A stretch of DNA of 64,000 bases from NCBI GenBank assembly GCA_963789265.1, contig CAWBKB010000005.1, positions 96,001 through 160,000 of the forward strand, given 5' to 3'. The translations under genes and the position numbers were made by a program. This document shows, in pieces, positions 49,424 to 57,732 of the stretch (its first letter is position 1; each line of letters starts with the position of its first letter). Below the pieces are notes generated by a model. That model made no database searches. It was given only the letters and a program-made list of their open reading frames with translations, and had not been told where the DNA came from. This DNA is from an uncultured delta proteobacterium. Lineage in GTDB: Bacteria; Desulfobacterota; Desulfomonilia; Desulfomonilales; Desulfomonilaceae.

Positions 49424-50872
49424 ATGAAAGTAGTTCTTGTACGCCCGCCATTTTACTCGCTCTTCGGTATGACCATACCAAAGATGAAGACCTATCCTTT
49501 GAATCTCCTCTACCTGGCCACTTTTGTCAGAGATCGAGGCGGATACGACGCGGCGGTCGTGGACGGAGAAAACGTGTCGGTGCCGCCCGTGGAAGCGATC
49601 CGGGAGTCGATGCAAGACCCTGCGGTTGTCATGCACCAGGGGATTCCCCGCATGGTCAAGATGCTGGAAGACCCTCAGCACGCGATCTGGGAGGAGATGG
49701 AAAGAAGAATCCTTGCAGAAAATCCCGACCTGGTGGGCATCACGTGCAACTCGGGGAATATGGATACGGCCCGCATTCTGACAGGGCGGTTGAAACGCGG
49801 AGGCGTGCCTGTGATTCTCGGAGGAAGCCATCCCACGGTTCTACCCGAACAGAGCCTCAACTATACGGGCGCCGATATGGCGGCAATCGGGGAAGGTGAA
49901 CTGACCTTTGTGAAAGTTATGGACGCGCTGAGTGCGAAAGGGTCTCCGGCGGACATCCCTTCGCTCGCGTGGCGCAAAATCGGCCGAATCACCGTGAATC
50001 CACGAGCTGAGCTCATCCCGGAGATCGACGATATACCAATCCCGGACCGCGCGTTCATCAACCGATCCGAATATTTTGGCGAAGTTATTCTCACCGGCCG
50101 CGGCTGCCCGTTCAACTGTGCTTACTGTGCGTCACAAAACATCTGGGGCCGCAAAGTTCGATTGCGATCGGTCGGCTCTATTATCCAAGAGCTTGAAATT
50201 CTGAGGCGTTCTGCCGAATCAGAAAATGATCCCAAGGTAAACCAACATGACGGGCAATTCTCCGATCCCATCCCCGGCCGATGGGTAGTCAAAGTGGTGG
50301 ATGACACCTTCACAGTGAACCGCAAACGTACGCTGGAGCTGCTTGATGAAATCATCGCGGCCGGTCTGAATTGTTTCGAGTTTACCGGCGGGGTTCGGGC
50401 CGACACTCTGGATGAGGTTCTAGTCACGAAGATGAGTGAGGCAAATTTCAAGCGGGTCACCTTGGGCGTGGAAAGCGGCAGCCCGCGCATTTTGAAGATG
50501 ATTCGCAAGGGTGAAACAAGCGAAGACGTGAAAAGGGCGATCAGATTGCTTCGCGAGGCCGGGATACGCTCGCACGCGTTTTTCATGATCGGCCTGCCCG
50601 ATGAAACACCGGAAGACGTAGAGCTTTCCAAGAAGCTGATCCTGGACGTTCAGCCCGATCACGTGGAGATCAACATGGTCACACCGTACCCGGGTACGGA
50701 CATCTTCGCCAAGCTCATTCCGGAAGATCCTGCAAAGATCGACCGCTGGTACAGGTGGTTCCACCAGGGCATGGCCACCCATTCGGATCGCTTAGGCTAT
50801 GATTTGGACCGCGCGTACGAGAATTTTCTTGCGTTTGCGAGGGAGTACCATGCGGGAAGAGGGGAAAGGTGA
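49424..50872 (+). CDS. Cobalamin-binding-domain radical SAM protein
   Basis: YPLNLLYLA, ILGGSHPT, GEGE, RGCPFNCAYC, DDTFT, GVESGS, FMIGLPDET, PYPGT. Confidence 0.92.
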   Translation: MKVVLVRPPFYSLFGMTIPKMKTYPLNLLYLATFVRDRGGYDAAVVDGENVSVPPVEAIRESMQDPAVVMHQGIPRMVKMLEDPQHAIWEEMERRILAENPDLVGITCNSGNMDTARILTGRLKRGGVPVILGGSHPTVLPEQSLNYTGADMAAIGEGELTFVKVMDALSAKGSPADIPSLAWRKIGRITVNPRAELIPEIDDIPIPDRAFINRSEYFGEVILTGRGCPFNCAYCASQNIWGRKVRLRSVGSIIQELEILRRSAESENDPKVNQHDGQFSDPIPGRWVVKVVDDTFTVNRKRTLELLDEIIAAGLNCFEFTGGVRADTLDEVLVTKMSEANFKRVTLGVESGSPRILKMIRKGETSEDVKRAIRLLREAGIRSHAFFMIGLPDETPEDVELSKKLILDVQPDHVEINMVTPYPGTDIFAKLIPEDPAKIDRWYRWFHQGMATHSDRLGYDLDRAYENFLAFAREYHAGRGER

Positions 50873-51125
50873 TAGGAAGTGAGGTCACAAGTGACGTGAT
50901 CCATATCTTAAAACTGCATGAACCCAAGAAACTTGAGACGCGAACCCATGACATGTTATGGGATCCTCAGGATGTGAACTCCTGCCTCTTCCAATGTTCA
51001 GGAGTTTTGTGAAGAAGGTAACGGGCGGCCTTGGCCAATTTGTGCAGAGTGCTTTTTTTCTGATATTTGAAAAAGAAAGATGAAATAAAGGCTGCCCAAT
51101 AGACTCCGAAGAAAGAAGGTGTCAC

Positions 51126-52133
51126 ATGGACCGTGTGGAATACGAGAAATTGATTATTCAAGATCTAATCAATCTCAACAGGAACCGAGAACTCCAACTG
51201 AATCCTTGGTACCAACGACGATCTGTTTGGACTCCGCCACAGAAAGCATACCTAATCAACACACTCTTTGAGCAGAAACCAATCCCTTCACTATACATTC
51301 GTCACTCACTCGACATTGATGCCGAGAAAAGCATAAGAGAAGTCGTGGATGGTCAACAACGTATCAGAGCAGTGCTAGAATATGTCGAAGGCGCTTTTGC
51401 TGCAACCCATCCCGCATATCCCAGGAAAATAAAGTACTCCCAACTCAAGCGAGCTGAAGCGGAGCATTTCAAATTAACAAGTATTTCTGTAGGTTATCTG
51501 CTAGGAGCTACTGACGAGGATGTTATAGAAATATTTGGGAGATTAAACTCAGTCGCCAAGACCCTCAATGCTCAGGAAAAGCGCAACGCACGTTTCAGCG
51601 GGGAGTACAAACAGTTCTGCCTCCGCCAAGCCGCACAACGGCTACCAATGTGGCGCAACCTGAACATTTTTACCGCTACCGAGATTGCGCGCATGAGTGA
51701 AGTCCAGTTCGTATCAGATTTGGCCCTGAACTTTATTAGCGGTCTTTCGGACTACAGTTCCGGCAACCTAGACAAAATCTATAAAGATTATGATGAAGAG
51801 TTCCCTCAGCAAGAAGAGCTGGAACGGAGATTCGAGGAAACATTCTCTCAAATTGCAGCGATGAAACCAGAGGCAATCCGTGACACCGCGTTTCAGCGAC
51901 AACCGCTCTTCTTCTCGCTTTGTGTCGTACTGGATGGAGCCCCACAAGAATTTCCCACGGCCAGAATTGAGTCAGCTTTACATGCAATAGATGAGATCTT
52001 GAATTCTGATCTCTCTCTTTCGGAACGCAAAAAAGAGGATGCAGACTTCTATGCGGCCTGTACCGCTAGCACTCAACGCATCAAGCAGCGGCGAACAAGG
52101 GACGCGTTCATCAAGAAACACCTTGGCATTTGA
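51126..52133 (+). CDS. DUF262 (ParB/sulfiredoxin-like) domain protein
   Basis: YQRRSVW, PIPSLY, VVDGQQR, IFGRLNS...LNAQEKRNA. Confidence 0.88.
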   Translation: MDRVEYEKLIIQDLINLNRNRELQLNPWYQRRSVWTPPQKAYLINTLFEQKPIPSLYIRHSLDIDAEKSIREVVDGQQRIRAVLEYVEGAFAATHPAYPRKIKYSQLKRAEAEHFKLTSISVGYLLGATDEDVIEIFGRLNSVAKTLNAQEKRNARFSGEYKQFCLRQAAQRLPMWRNLNIFTATEIARMSEVQFVSDLALNFISGLSDYSSGNLDKIYKDYDEEFPQQEELERRFEETFSQIAAMKPEAIRDTAFQRQPLFFSLCVVLDGAPQEFPTARIESALHAIDEILNSDLSLSERKKEDADFYAACTASTQRIKQRRTRDAFIKKHLGI

Positions 52134-52142
52134 GTGTAAGCG

Positions 52143-52748
52143 ATGCCTAGCGTCTCGCCAGACTACCTTCTTCACCAGTCGCAAACATCCCGACTATTGC
52201 TTATGGCTGGCAAACTCATAGGTTTACCTCCTGTTTATCAGAAACTTGTAGCAGAGGTAATAATTTTGCGCTTGTTTTCACTGTTTGAGAACCTAGTTTC
52301 CTCTGTCCCTGCAAAGCTTGTATCAGGGGCCACGTTTATGGATGGCACAGTACCAAGACTGTTAACCACTGTACGCTCTTCGCAAAGGGCTCAAGGCCTT
52401 TTCCATACCTATGGCCGTATAAAACCAAAGTATCAACTCCATTGGTCAAAGGCGTCAGAAATCAAAGAAAATGTGAGACATGTTATGGATGCAGGGGATA
52501 ATTATGTCTCCGTCATTGATACAAACGGCTCATTCATTGACGAAGTGAGGCGGGTAAGAAACCGAATCGCGCACAACAATTCACAGTCACGTGATAAGTA
52601 CAGAGAAGTCGTCAGGCGATATTACGGTGCATACGTGAACCGCGTAACGCCCGGCACCCTGCGACTGTCCTCAAGAATTATTCCGTGCTTGTTGGAACAG
52701 TACATAAGAAAGGCACGGGTACTCGCCAAGGATCTTGTAAAGGCATAG
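52143..52748 (+). CDS. HEPN-domain putative RNase
   Basis: Helical protein with the Rx4H motif RNRIAH and an upstream FE (LFSLFE); starts 9 bp after the DUF262 gene. Confidence 0.7.
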   Translation: MPSVSPDYLLHQSQTSRLLLMAGKLIGLPPVYQKLVAEVIILRLFSLFENLVSSVPAKLVSGATFMDGTVPRLLTTVRSSQRAQGLFHTYGRIKPKYQLHWSKASEIKENVRHVMDAGDNYVSVIDTNGSFIDEVRRVRNRIAHNNSQSRDKYREVVRRYYGAYVNRVTPGTLRLSSRIIPCLLEQYIRKARVLAKDLVKA

Positions 52749-52890
52749 GACGGTACCAAGGGGAAGACCAGACGTGCGTACTCGGCATTGCGGCCCGGAA
52801 GCTCTTGATCCGGGTGATTTTCTCGCCGATGATGCCGGGGCGTGCACCGGGCCTGATAGCATGGCCGAATGAGTAAACGAGGAATACTGA

Positions 52891-52995
52891 AGGCGGTGGA
52901 ACGCAGAGGATGAGAACAGCCGAATCAATACTTCCTATCGCCCAGACTCCGATGAGTGGGAAGAAGACTTCAAGACAAGGAGGCGTCCATCATGA
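52891..52995 (+). pseudogene. 3' remnant of a DUF4258-like toxin gene
   Basis: Frame reads ENSRINTSYRPDSDEWEEDFKTRRRPS*, overlaps the next gene by ATGA, has no start codon and follows a stop. Confidence 0.6.
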
Positions 52996-53213
52996 AGTGC
53001 CACGTATGCGGATCGCAATTGAAGCCCACGATCACAGATCTACCTTTCAAGGTCAGTGAAACAACCATTGTGATCCTGAAGGGCTTGCCGGTATTGGAAT
53101 GCGACAATTGCACCGAGTACTTGCTGGAAGATCTAGTAATGAGCCGCGTGGAAGAGATACTCGAAAGGGTGGATGAAGCAGCGGAATTGGAAGTAATCCA
53201 CTACGCGGCATAA
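52992..53213 (+). CDS. YgiT/MqsA-type zinc-finger antitoxin-like protein
   Basis: MKCHVCG...TDLPFK...LPVLECDNCTEY; AGGAGG before ATG 52992. Confidence 0.85.
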   Translation: MKCHVCGSQLKPTITDLPFKVSETTIVILKGLPVLECDNCTEYLLEDLVMSRVEEILERVDEAAELEVIHYAA

Positions 53214-53297
53214 ACCACCATTGGTAGGGCGGCCCCCGGCCGCCGTTGAGTTTGTGCCTCGCCGGAAACGGTCGCTTACCTGGCTCAGGGGTATGCC

Positions 53298-53513
53298 GTG
53301 AGAAAGAAGCGTCATACAAAGCTGGTCCACGAGCGGGAATATGTGGCTGAAGTCGATATTGAGTTGATCTACACGGATGAGGGTTGGTCGCCCTATTTGT
53401 CGCTGGAAGATGCGCAAAAGTTGGATGAGGTGCGGGACGAATTACGAAAAGGAGATCTGAAGACAGCCGCAAAGCATGCGCGAGTCTATGCTTTAATCCC
53501 TATCGCACAGTGA
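53298..53513 (+). CDS. Small conserved-type hypothetical protein, possible antitoxin
   Basis: 71 aa, YVAEVDIEL...GWSPYLSLEDAQKLDEVR; AGGGG upstream. Confidence 0.65.
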   Translation: MRKKRHTKLVHEREYVAEVDIELIYTDEGWSPYLSLEDAQKLDEVRDELRKGDLKTAAKHARVYALIPIAQ

Positions 53514-53752
53514 AGCCCGTACGGTCCCGCGGCCAACTCCAATTCAGCAATGGACTCCAGGAGTCTTCGTGCATTTTTTGGGCTCCTGAGAAGGTAAGCA
53601 GTCTCTTCAAGAGCCTCGTAGTCTTCAAGTGACATCATCACGACGGAGCGATGATTCTTTCGGGTGATGATGACCGGGGAGTGGTCATCACAAACCTTGT
53701 CCATGGTCTTGGCAAGATTATCACGAGCTTGCGAGTAAGTTACCGCGTTCAT
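53486..53752 (-). CDS. yefM: YefM/Phd-family antitoxin with apparently replaced C-terminus
   Basis: TYSQARDNLAKTMDKV..DH.PVIITR...VVMMSLEDY.ALEETAYLLRSPKNARRLLESI; no toxin gene downstream. Confidence 0.9.
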   Translation of the reverse strand: MNAVTYSQARDNLAKTMDKVCDDHSPVIITRKNHRSVVMMSLEDYEALEETAYLLRSPKNARRLLESIAELELAAGPYGLHCAIGIKA

Positions 53753-53779
53753 TTCCGATCCTCTCCAAAATCGTAATCA

Positions 53780-53797
53780 TGTACAGTGTATTGTGCA
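53780..53797. promoter_or_regulatory. YefM-type operator
   Basis: TGTACA (53780-53785) and TGTGCA (53792-53797), 12 bp apart centre to centre, upstream of yefM. Confidence 0.6.
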
Positions 53798-53889
53798 AGG
53801 CGATTTCGCTCATGACAAATTCCGATTAGTTGCCTATGGGGATATGTTGCGATTAGAGATCAGACATCAACTGAAGCAGGGGGACGCTG

Positions 53890-54483
53890 ATGTCCATCAA
53901 TAACCTTGTACTCCATCCAGTCAATCCAGAAAGCAGCGTCGCGCCAGGCCCGAAGCTTGTCACCCTTTTCACCGATATTGGTCTCATCGGGCGGCCGTTA
54001 GAAAAACCCGGTGAAACAAGTTTCCGGCCTGGTCCGCGCTTCTACCGGTTGGTAATCTTTCACCGATCGCATAGGACCATAACACTTATGCGCAGACCCG
54101 AAGCTGTCGTACCTGCCGCAATAGGCGATTCTCGATTGCAATGCACCGTGGCAATGCCCGAGCCCGGTCAGGATATTGCCTTTCTAAGCATGGGAAATGT
54201 GGAGTCCCCGTCCTGCAAGTCCTGCCATTACTTGCTCGAAAAATGGCCTGACATGGTTACAGCCTGGTATACGAACAAACATGACTACTTCTGGCACTGT
54301 CCCGAATGCGGCGCGCTGCAAAGACCCTGGGAGCTCGATTGGAGCCACACCAATGCGTTTGCCAATTACTCGGTTGAAATCACGGGTGTCCATTACGGCG
54401 AGGCAGTTCCTTCCCCAGAGCTTCTCGAAGCTCTGCACCAATGTGCAGGCACGCCGTGGAGCTATTTCTATTTCAACCTGTAA
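53890..54483 (+). CDS. Hypothetical protein with two CxxC motifs
   Basis: CKSC and CPECG; purine-rich RBS upstream. Confidence 0.7.
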   Translation: MSINNLVLHPVNPESSVAPGPKLVTLFTDIGLIGRPLEKPGETSFRPGPRFYRLVIFHRSHRTITLMRRPEAVVPAAIGDSRLQCTVAMPEPGQDIAFLSMGNVESPSCKSCHYLLEKWPDMVTAWYTNKHDYFWHCPECGALQRPWELDWSHTNAFANYSVEITGVHYGEAVPSPELLEALHQCAGTPWSYFYFNL

Positions 54484-54486
54484 GGC

Positions 54487-55323
54487 TTATCCGTAGCAAT
54501 AACTTGCGATTCGATTCACCGTCGCTCTGTCGGCTTTGAATGGATTTTTCACAGGCGCGGGGAGCTCCAATTGGTGAGTTTTGGCAAAAGGAGTGTCCTT
54601 GATCTTCAGGTTGTAGGCAATGATCATCAGGGTTTCGAGATTGACCGCGTCGAGAACATTGTAAGCGAGCAGCGTCTCCAGAGCCTTTTCATTGTTGTTC
54701 CCTTTGTAATCATCCCAAAGCACAACAGCAAAGTAACCGTTGACTCCGTCCAAGTCTTCTCTGTCCAATCCCAGCGCCTTTTCGCATCCTTTTAATCCGC
54801 CTCGGTAACCAAGGCTGTGCAGCACATATCTCAGGTCAATCTGCGCATGGTTCATCTTGATCCTGAAATAGCTTTCAATGAACGGGACGTCAAAGCAACG
54901 TCCATTGTATGTGACTACCACCTTGAATCTGGAAATATCTTCCACAAATTGTCCCAGATTTTGACCGTGCACGTACCAGCGAACAGAGTCCCCATCATAG
55001 AGCGCGATGGTGGTGATGTGGTTTCCGGAACCGGCAAAACCTGTGGTTTCAATGTCGAGGTAGGCCACTGAATCTCGAAACTCGGGGAAAAGCCGCCAGT
55101 GATGGTTAGATGGCAGGAAGTCCGCGAAGTAACGAGGGTCGTTTTCTTCCAGGTGTGCAACGGATTCGTCTATGCGGCTCTTCAGGAAATAGTGTCTGGC
55201 TGTGGAAGCTTCAGCTAACGAACGAGCCACAAGATCATCCCAGCAGAGGATGCCGCGAGACCAGAGTTCCTGTTCCGATTTGGAGCCTATGCCCGGTATA
55301 TGGCAAAAGGTGTTTTTTAGCAT
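54487..55323 (-). CDS. RNase H-like (YprB/RNase_H_2) DEDD exonuclease with N-terminal HhH-like motif
   Basis: HIPGIG, YLDIETTG, TYNGRCFDVPF, GGLKGCE, YNVLDA. Confidence 0.88.
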   Translation of the reverse strand: MLKNTFCHIPGIGSKSEQELWSRGILCWDDLVARSLAEASTARHYFLKSRIDESVAHLEENDPRYFADFLPSNHHWRLFPEFRDSVAYLDIETTGFAGSGNHITTIALYDGDSVRWYVHGQNLGQFVEDISRFKVVVTYNGRCFDVPFIESYFRIKMNHAQIDLRYVLHSLGYRGGLKGCEKALGLDREDLDGVNGYFAVVLWDDYKGNNNEKALETLLAYNVLDAVNLETLMIIAYNLKIKDTPFAKTHQLELPAPVKNPFKADRATVNRIASYCYG

Positions 55324-55341
55324 TTGGTCTCCCTAAGCTTA

Positions 55342-56139
55342 TCACTTGAATTCGCGTTCCAAGTATTCGTCTATCATATCGTACGCGGCCGGCGTCAGGG
55401 AACCATCCGGGGCTCGAAGGCCCTCTGACAAAGCCTTACTCAGAAGCTCTCCTATGGCCCATCCGGTTGCAAGCTTGTCATAACGCCATTGCCTGAGGTG
55501 GTGGCCGTATGCGGCTAGTAGGTAGTTTGCCACCGTTTCCGCTGCTTCAGGGCCCTTATTGCCTTTTGTTTCTATTTCCAGTTCATAGTGCAGGATTTCG
55601 CCTTGGGGAAAATAGTAAGTCACCAAATCCGCGTCCAGCTCGGCTTGCACGCAGTCATCCATACGGGAGATCACCGCGCTGGCGCATCTTACGGTATCGC
55701 GGCGTTGGATGGCAACGAGTCCCGCAGCCCTCATCGCCGTGAACGCATCTGACGAATCCGGCCCGGTAGATGAAAGATTCAACCGTACGTTATTACGAGA
55801 TAGCTCTGCGGCAATTTCATCCAGAGCGGTTTTCGACCACAAAGCTTCTATCTCTCGTCTTTCACGACCGCCCCAATGGGTAGGTTGCGACGGTCCCTTA
55901 ATAGCTATCCAGAGTTTCGTCCCTATCCGGCGCAATCGCAGGCCCCATTTGCTCTCCTTCAGAGCCCCTGTGAGTGTGTCAAAGTAATGGTCCTCAAGGG
56001 TCTGCGGCTCTGCGGGAAGGAGTTTGTACGCGCCAACCGCGGTCAGACATGTAATTTCCCGATAAACAACCTCGGGCGCGTCCGAAACGATTACGAGGGT
56101 GGCTTCACGCTCTACTGCAATTTGCGATCCGGCCTTCAT
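55342..56139 (-). CDS. CYTH-domain (triphosphate tunnel metalloenzyme) protein
   Basis: EREA, DHYFDT, LRLR, KGP, R.EIE, ELEIE. Confidence 0.8.
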   Translation of the reverse strand: MKAGSQIAVEREATLVIVSDAPEVVYREITCLTAVGAYKLLPAEPQTLEDHYFDTLTGALKESKWGLRLRRIGTKLWIAIKGPSQPTHWGGRERREIEALWSKTALDEIAAELSRNNVRLNLSSTGPDSSDAFTAMRAAGLVAIQRRDTVRCASAVISRMDDCVQAELDADLVTYYFPQGEILHYELEIETKGNKGPEAAETVANYLLAAYGHHLRQWRYDKLATGWAIGELLSKALSEGLRAPDGSLTPAAYDMIDEYLEREFK

Positions 56140-56279
56140 GGTGGCAACTTTCTCTCGCTAACGGACACCTTTGTCAACGATTAGTCCTTCATGGCTGAAA
56201 AAATAGATTTGTTCTTGATATTCTACAAGCTTACCGATAAGATGTCCGCTAGACTATTTCATCAGCCGGAGAAATTGCC

Positions 56280-56759
56280 ATGGCCAGATTTGAAGAGCTG
56301 ATGACACCTTCCGAGCTTGTGGCCACAATCAGAGAAGGAGCCGTCAAAGACGAACTTGTCAAGAAGTATAAAGTTTCCGAACAAGCATTGGCAATGATGC
56401 TGCTGCCATTGTATCGCGGGGGCGAGTTCAGTAAAGAGGAATTCAACAATTTCTTCCGAGGAATTGCTCTCAAACATGATGCCGAGACTTCATCTACAGT
56501 TCTATCGGAAGACGGTTCCGCGGCGCAGATTCCGTACGAGCCTCCATCGGAAATAGTCAGGTCGCTTTCAAAGGAGGCTCGCCCTTCGGAGAGTGATGAG
56601 TTCACTGCCTCGGCACTGGAAACCCCTGACAGAAGCAGCAACGAGAGCGCCGCTCCGGAATCGGCCGAGAGTGAGGATCTTCTCCAGGTGATCCTGGCCA
56701 AAGTCACATCTATTGATACCAGGCTGGCGGAAATCGAAAAGAAACTCAACTCTTGGTAG
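56280..56759 (+). CDS. Hypothetical protein: helical N-domain, acidic linker, short C-terminal coiled coil
   Basis: GGAG RBS; N-domain resembles that of 37674..38087. Confidence 0.7.
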   Translation: MARFEELMTPSELVATIREGAVKDELVKKYKVSEQALAMMLLPLYRGGEFSKEEFNNFFRGIALKHDAETSSTVLSEDGSAAQIPYEPPSEIVRSLSKEARPSESDEFTASALETPDRSSNESAAPESAESEDLLQVILAKVTSIDTRLAEIEKKLNSW

Positions 56760-56800
56760 CCTGTGTCTTCGGAAACGAATCGACGGGCCGCGTGCCTCAA

Positions 56801-56846
56801 CATCGTGCCACGATTTTCTATCAGAGATATATTTTGAGACACTTTC
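56801..56846 (+). mobile_element. Solo IS1182-like right-end remnant
   Basis: CATCGTGCCAC followed by TTTTGAGACACTTTC, the same two motifs as at 33938-33971. Confidence 0.5.
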
Positions 56847-57071
56847 CGGCCGCCAGCCCCCCAAATGCCGGCAGCAAGCGTCATTACCCATCGTATTTAC
56901 TTGCATGAACGAGAAAGGGGTCAGTGGCAACAGGTTTCGCCCCAGTCACTTCGGTTGCATTGCCGCAAGATCGCCCTGGCCGTCGGCCTTTGCCGTGTCA
57001 TCTTCCCCATAGACACGGGCGTAAGTTTCCTCTATCTTCCCTGTAACTTGTTCGCCGAAAGGAGCTAACCC

Positions 57072-57624
57072 GTGAGAGTTCGTGGGTCCGTGAAAACATC
57101 TGTCATACTTTCGACCTGTTTTCTCATGTTAATCACCATTTCTGCATTGTCTTTCGGAGCGGAAATCAAGTTCGGCAAGGTGAGTCTCGCCCAGGTTCGA
57201 AGGAACTCGGCCAAGGTCAAGGTAGCCCTGGAACAGCTCGGGAAAGCGCAGACCGCGGCAGTCATGAAAGTAAACTCCCTAAAAAAGGACCTAAAAAAGC
57301 TCCAGGAAAACCTGAAATCGGGGAAAGACTCACTGAGCCAAGAAGAAAAGACAAAGCTTAAAGCAGACTTGGAAGATAAGAAACAGAGCTTACAGGTAGA
57401 AGAAACAAGCGGCCAAGATCAAGTTGACTTTCCAACAGAAGTCGATCCAGAATGCAGTCAAAACGCAAATGGATCAGGCGATAGAAAAAATTGCAAAGCA
57501 AGAAGGCGTTTCGGCCATATTCTTGAGTGAAATGCTTCTGTACTCCCCAGGGATAGTCGATCTAACCGACAAAATCACCAAGACGTTGGATTCTATGCCG
57601 CCTCTCGAGACCGGAACAAAATAG
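57072..57624 (+). CDS. skp: OmpH/Skp periplasmic chaperone; +1 frameshift at about 57404
   Basis: Signal peptide, IKFGKVS, coiled coil; second frame gives AIEKIAKQEG...LLY....VDLTDKI. Confidence 0.8.
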
Positions 57625-57732
57625 GCGGCATGGACAGTAAATTCAGGACGTTGCCTTAGCCTCAGGTATTGGCGCTTCCGGCATTGATCTTACCTCCAGC
57701 TTTGGGACTGCGTAAGCATCTCCAATTTATGA

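Noticed and set aside
49312..49899. Alternative ORF overlapping the B12-radical SAM start
   Set aside because: Begins within the palindromic repeat region and shadows the true frame.
51126..54483. Integron cassette array
   Set aside because: Small accessory ORFs are present, but no convincing attC sites (RYYYAAC...GTTRRRY with paired arms) or integrase were found, and orientations are mixed.
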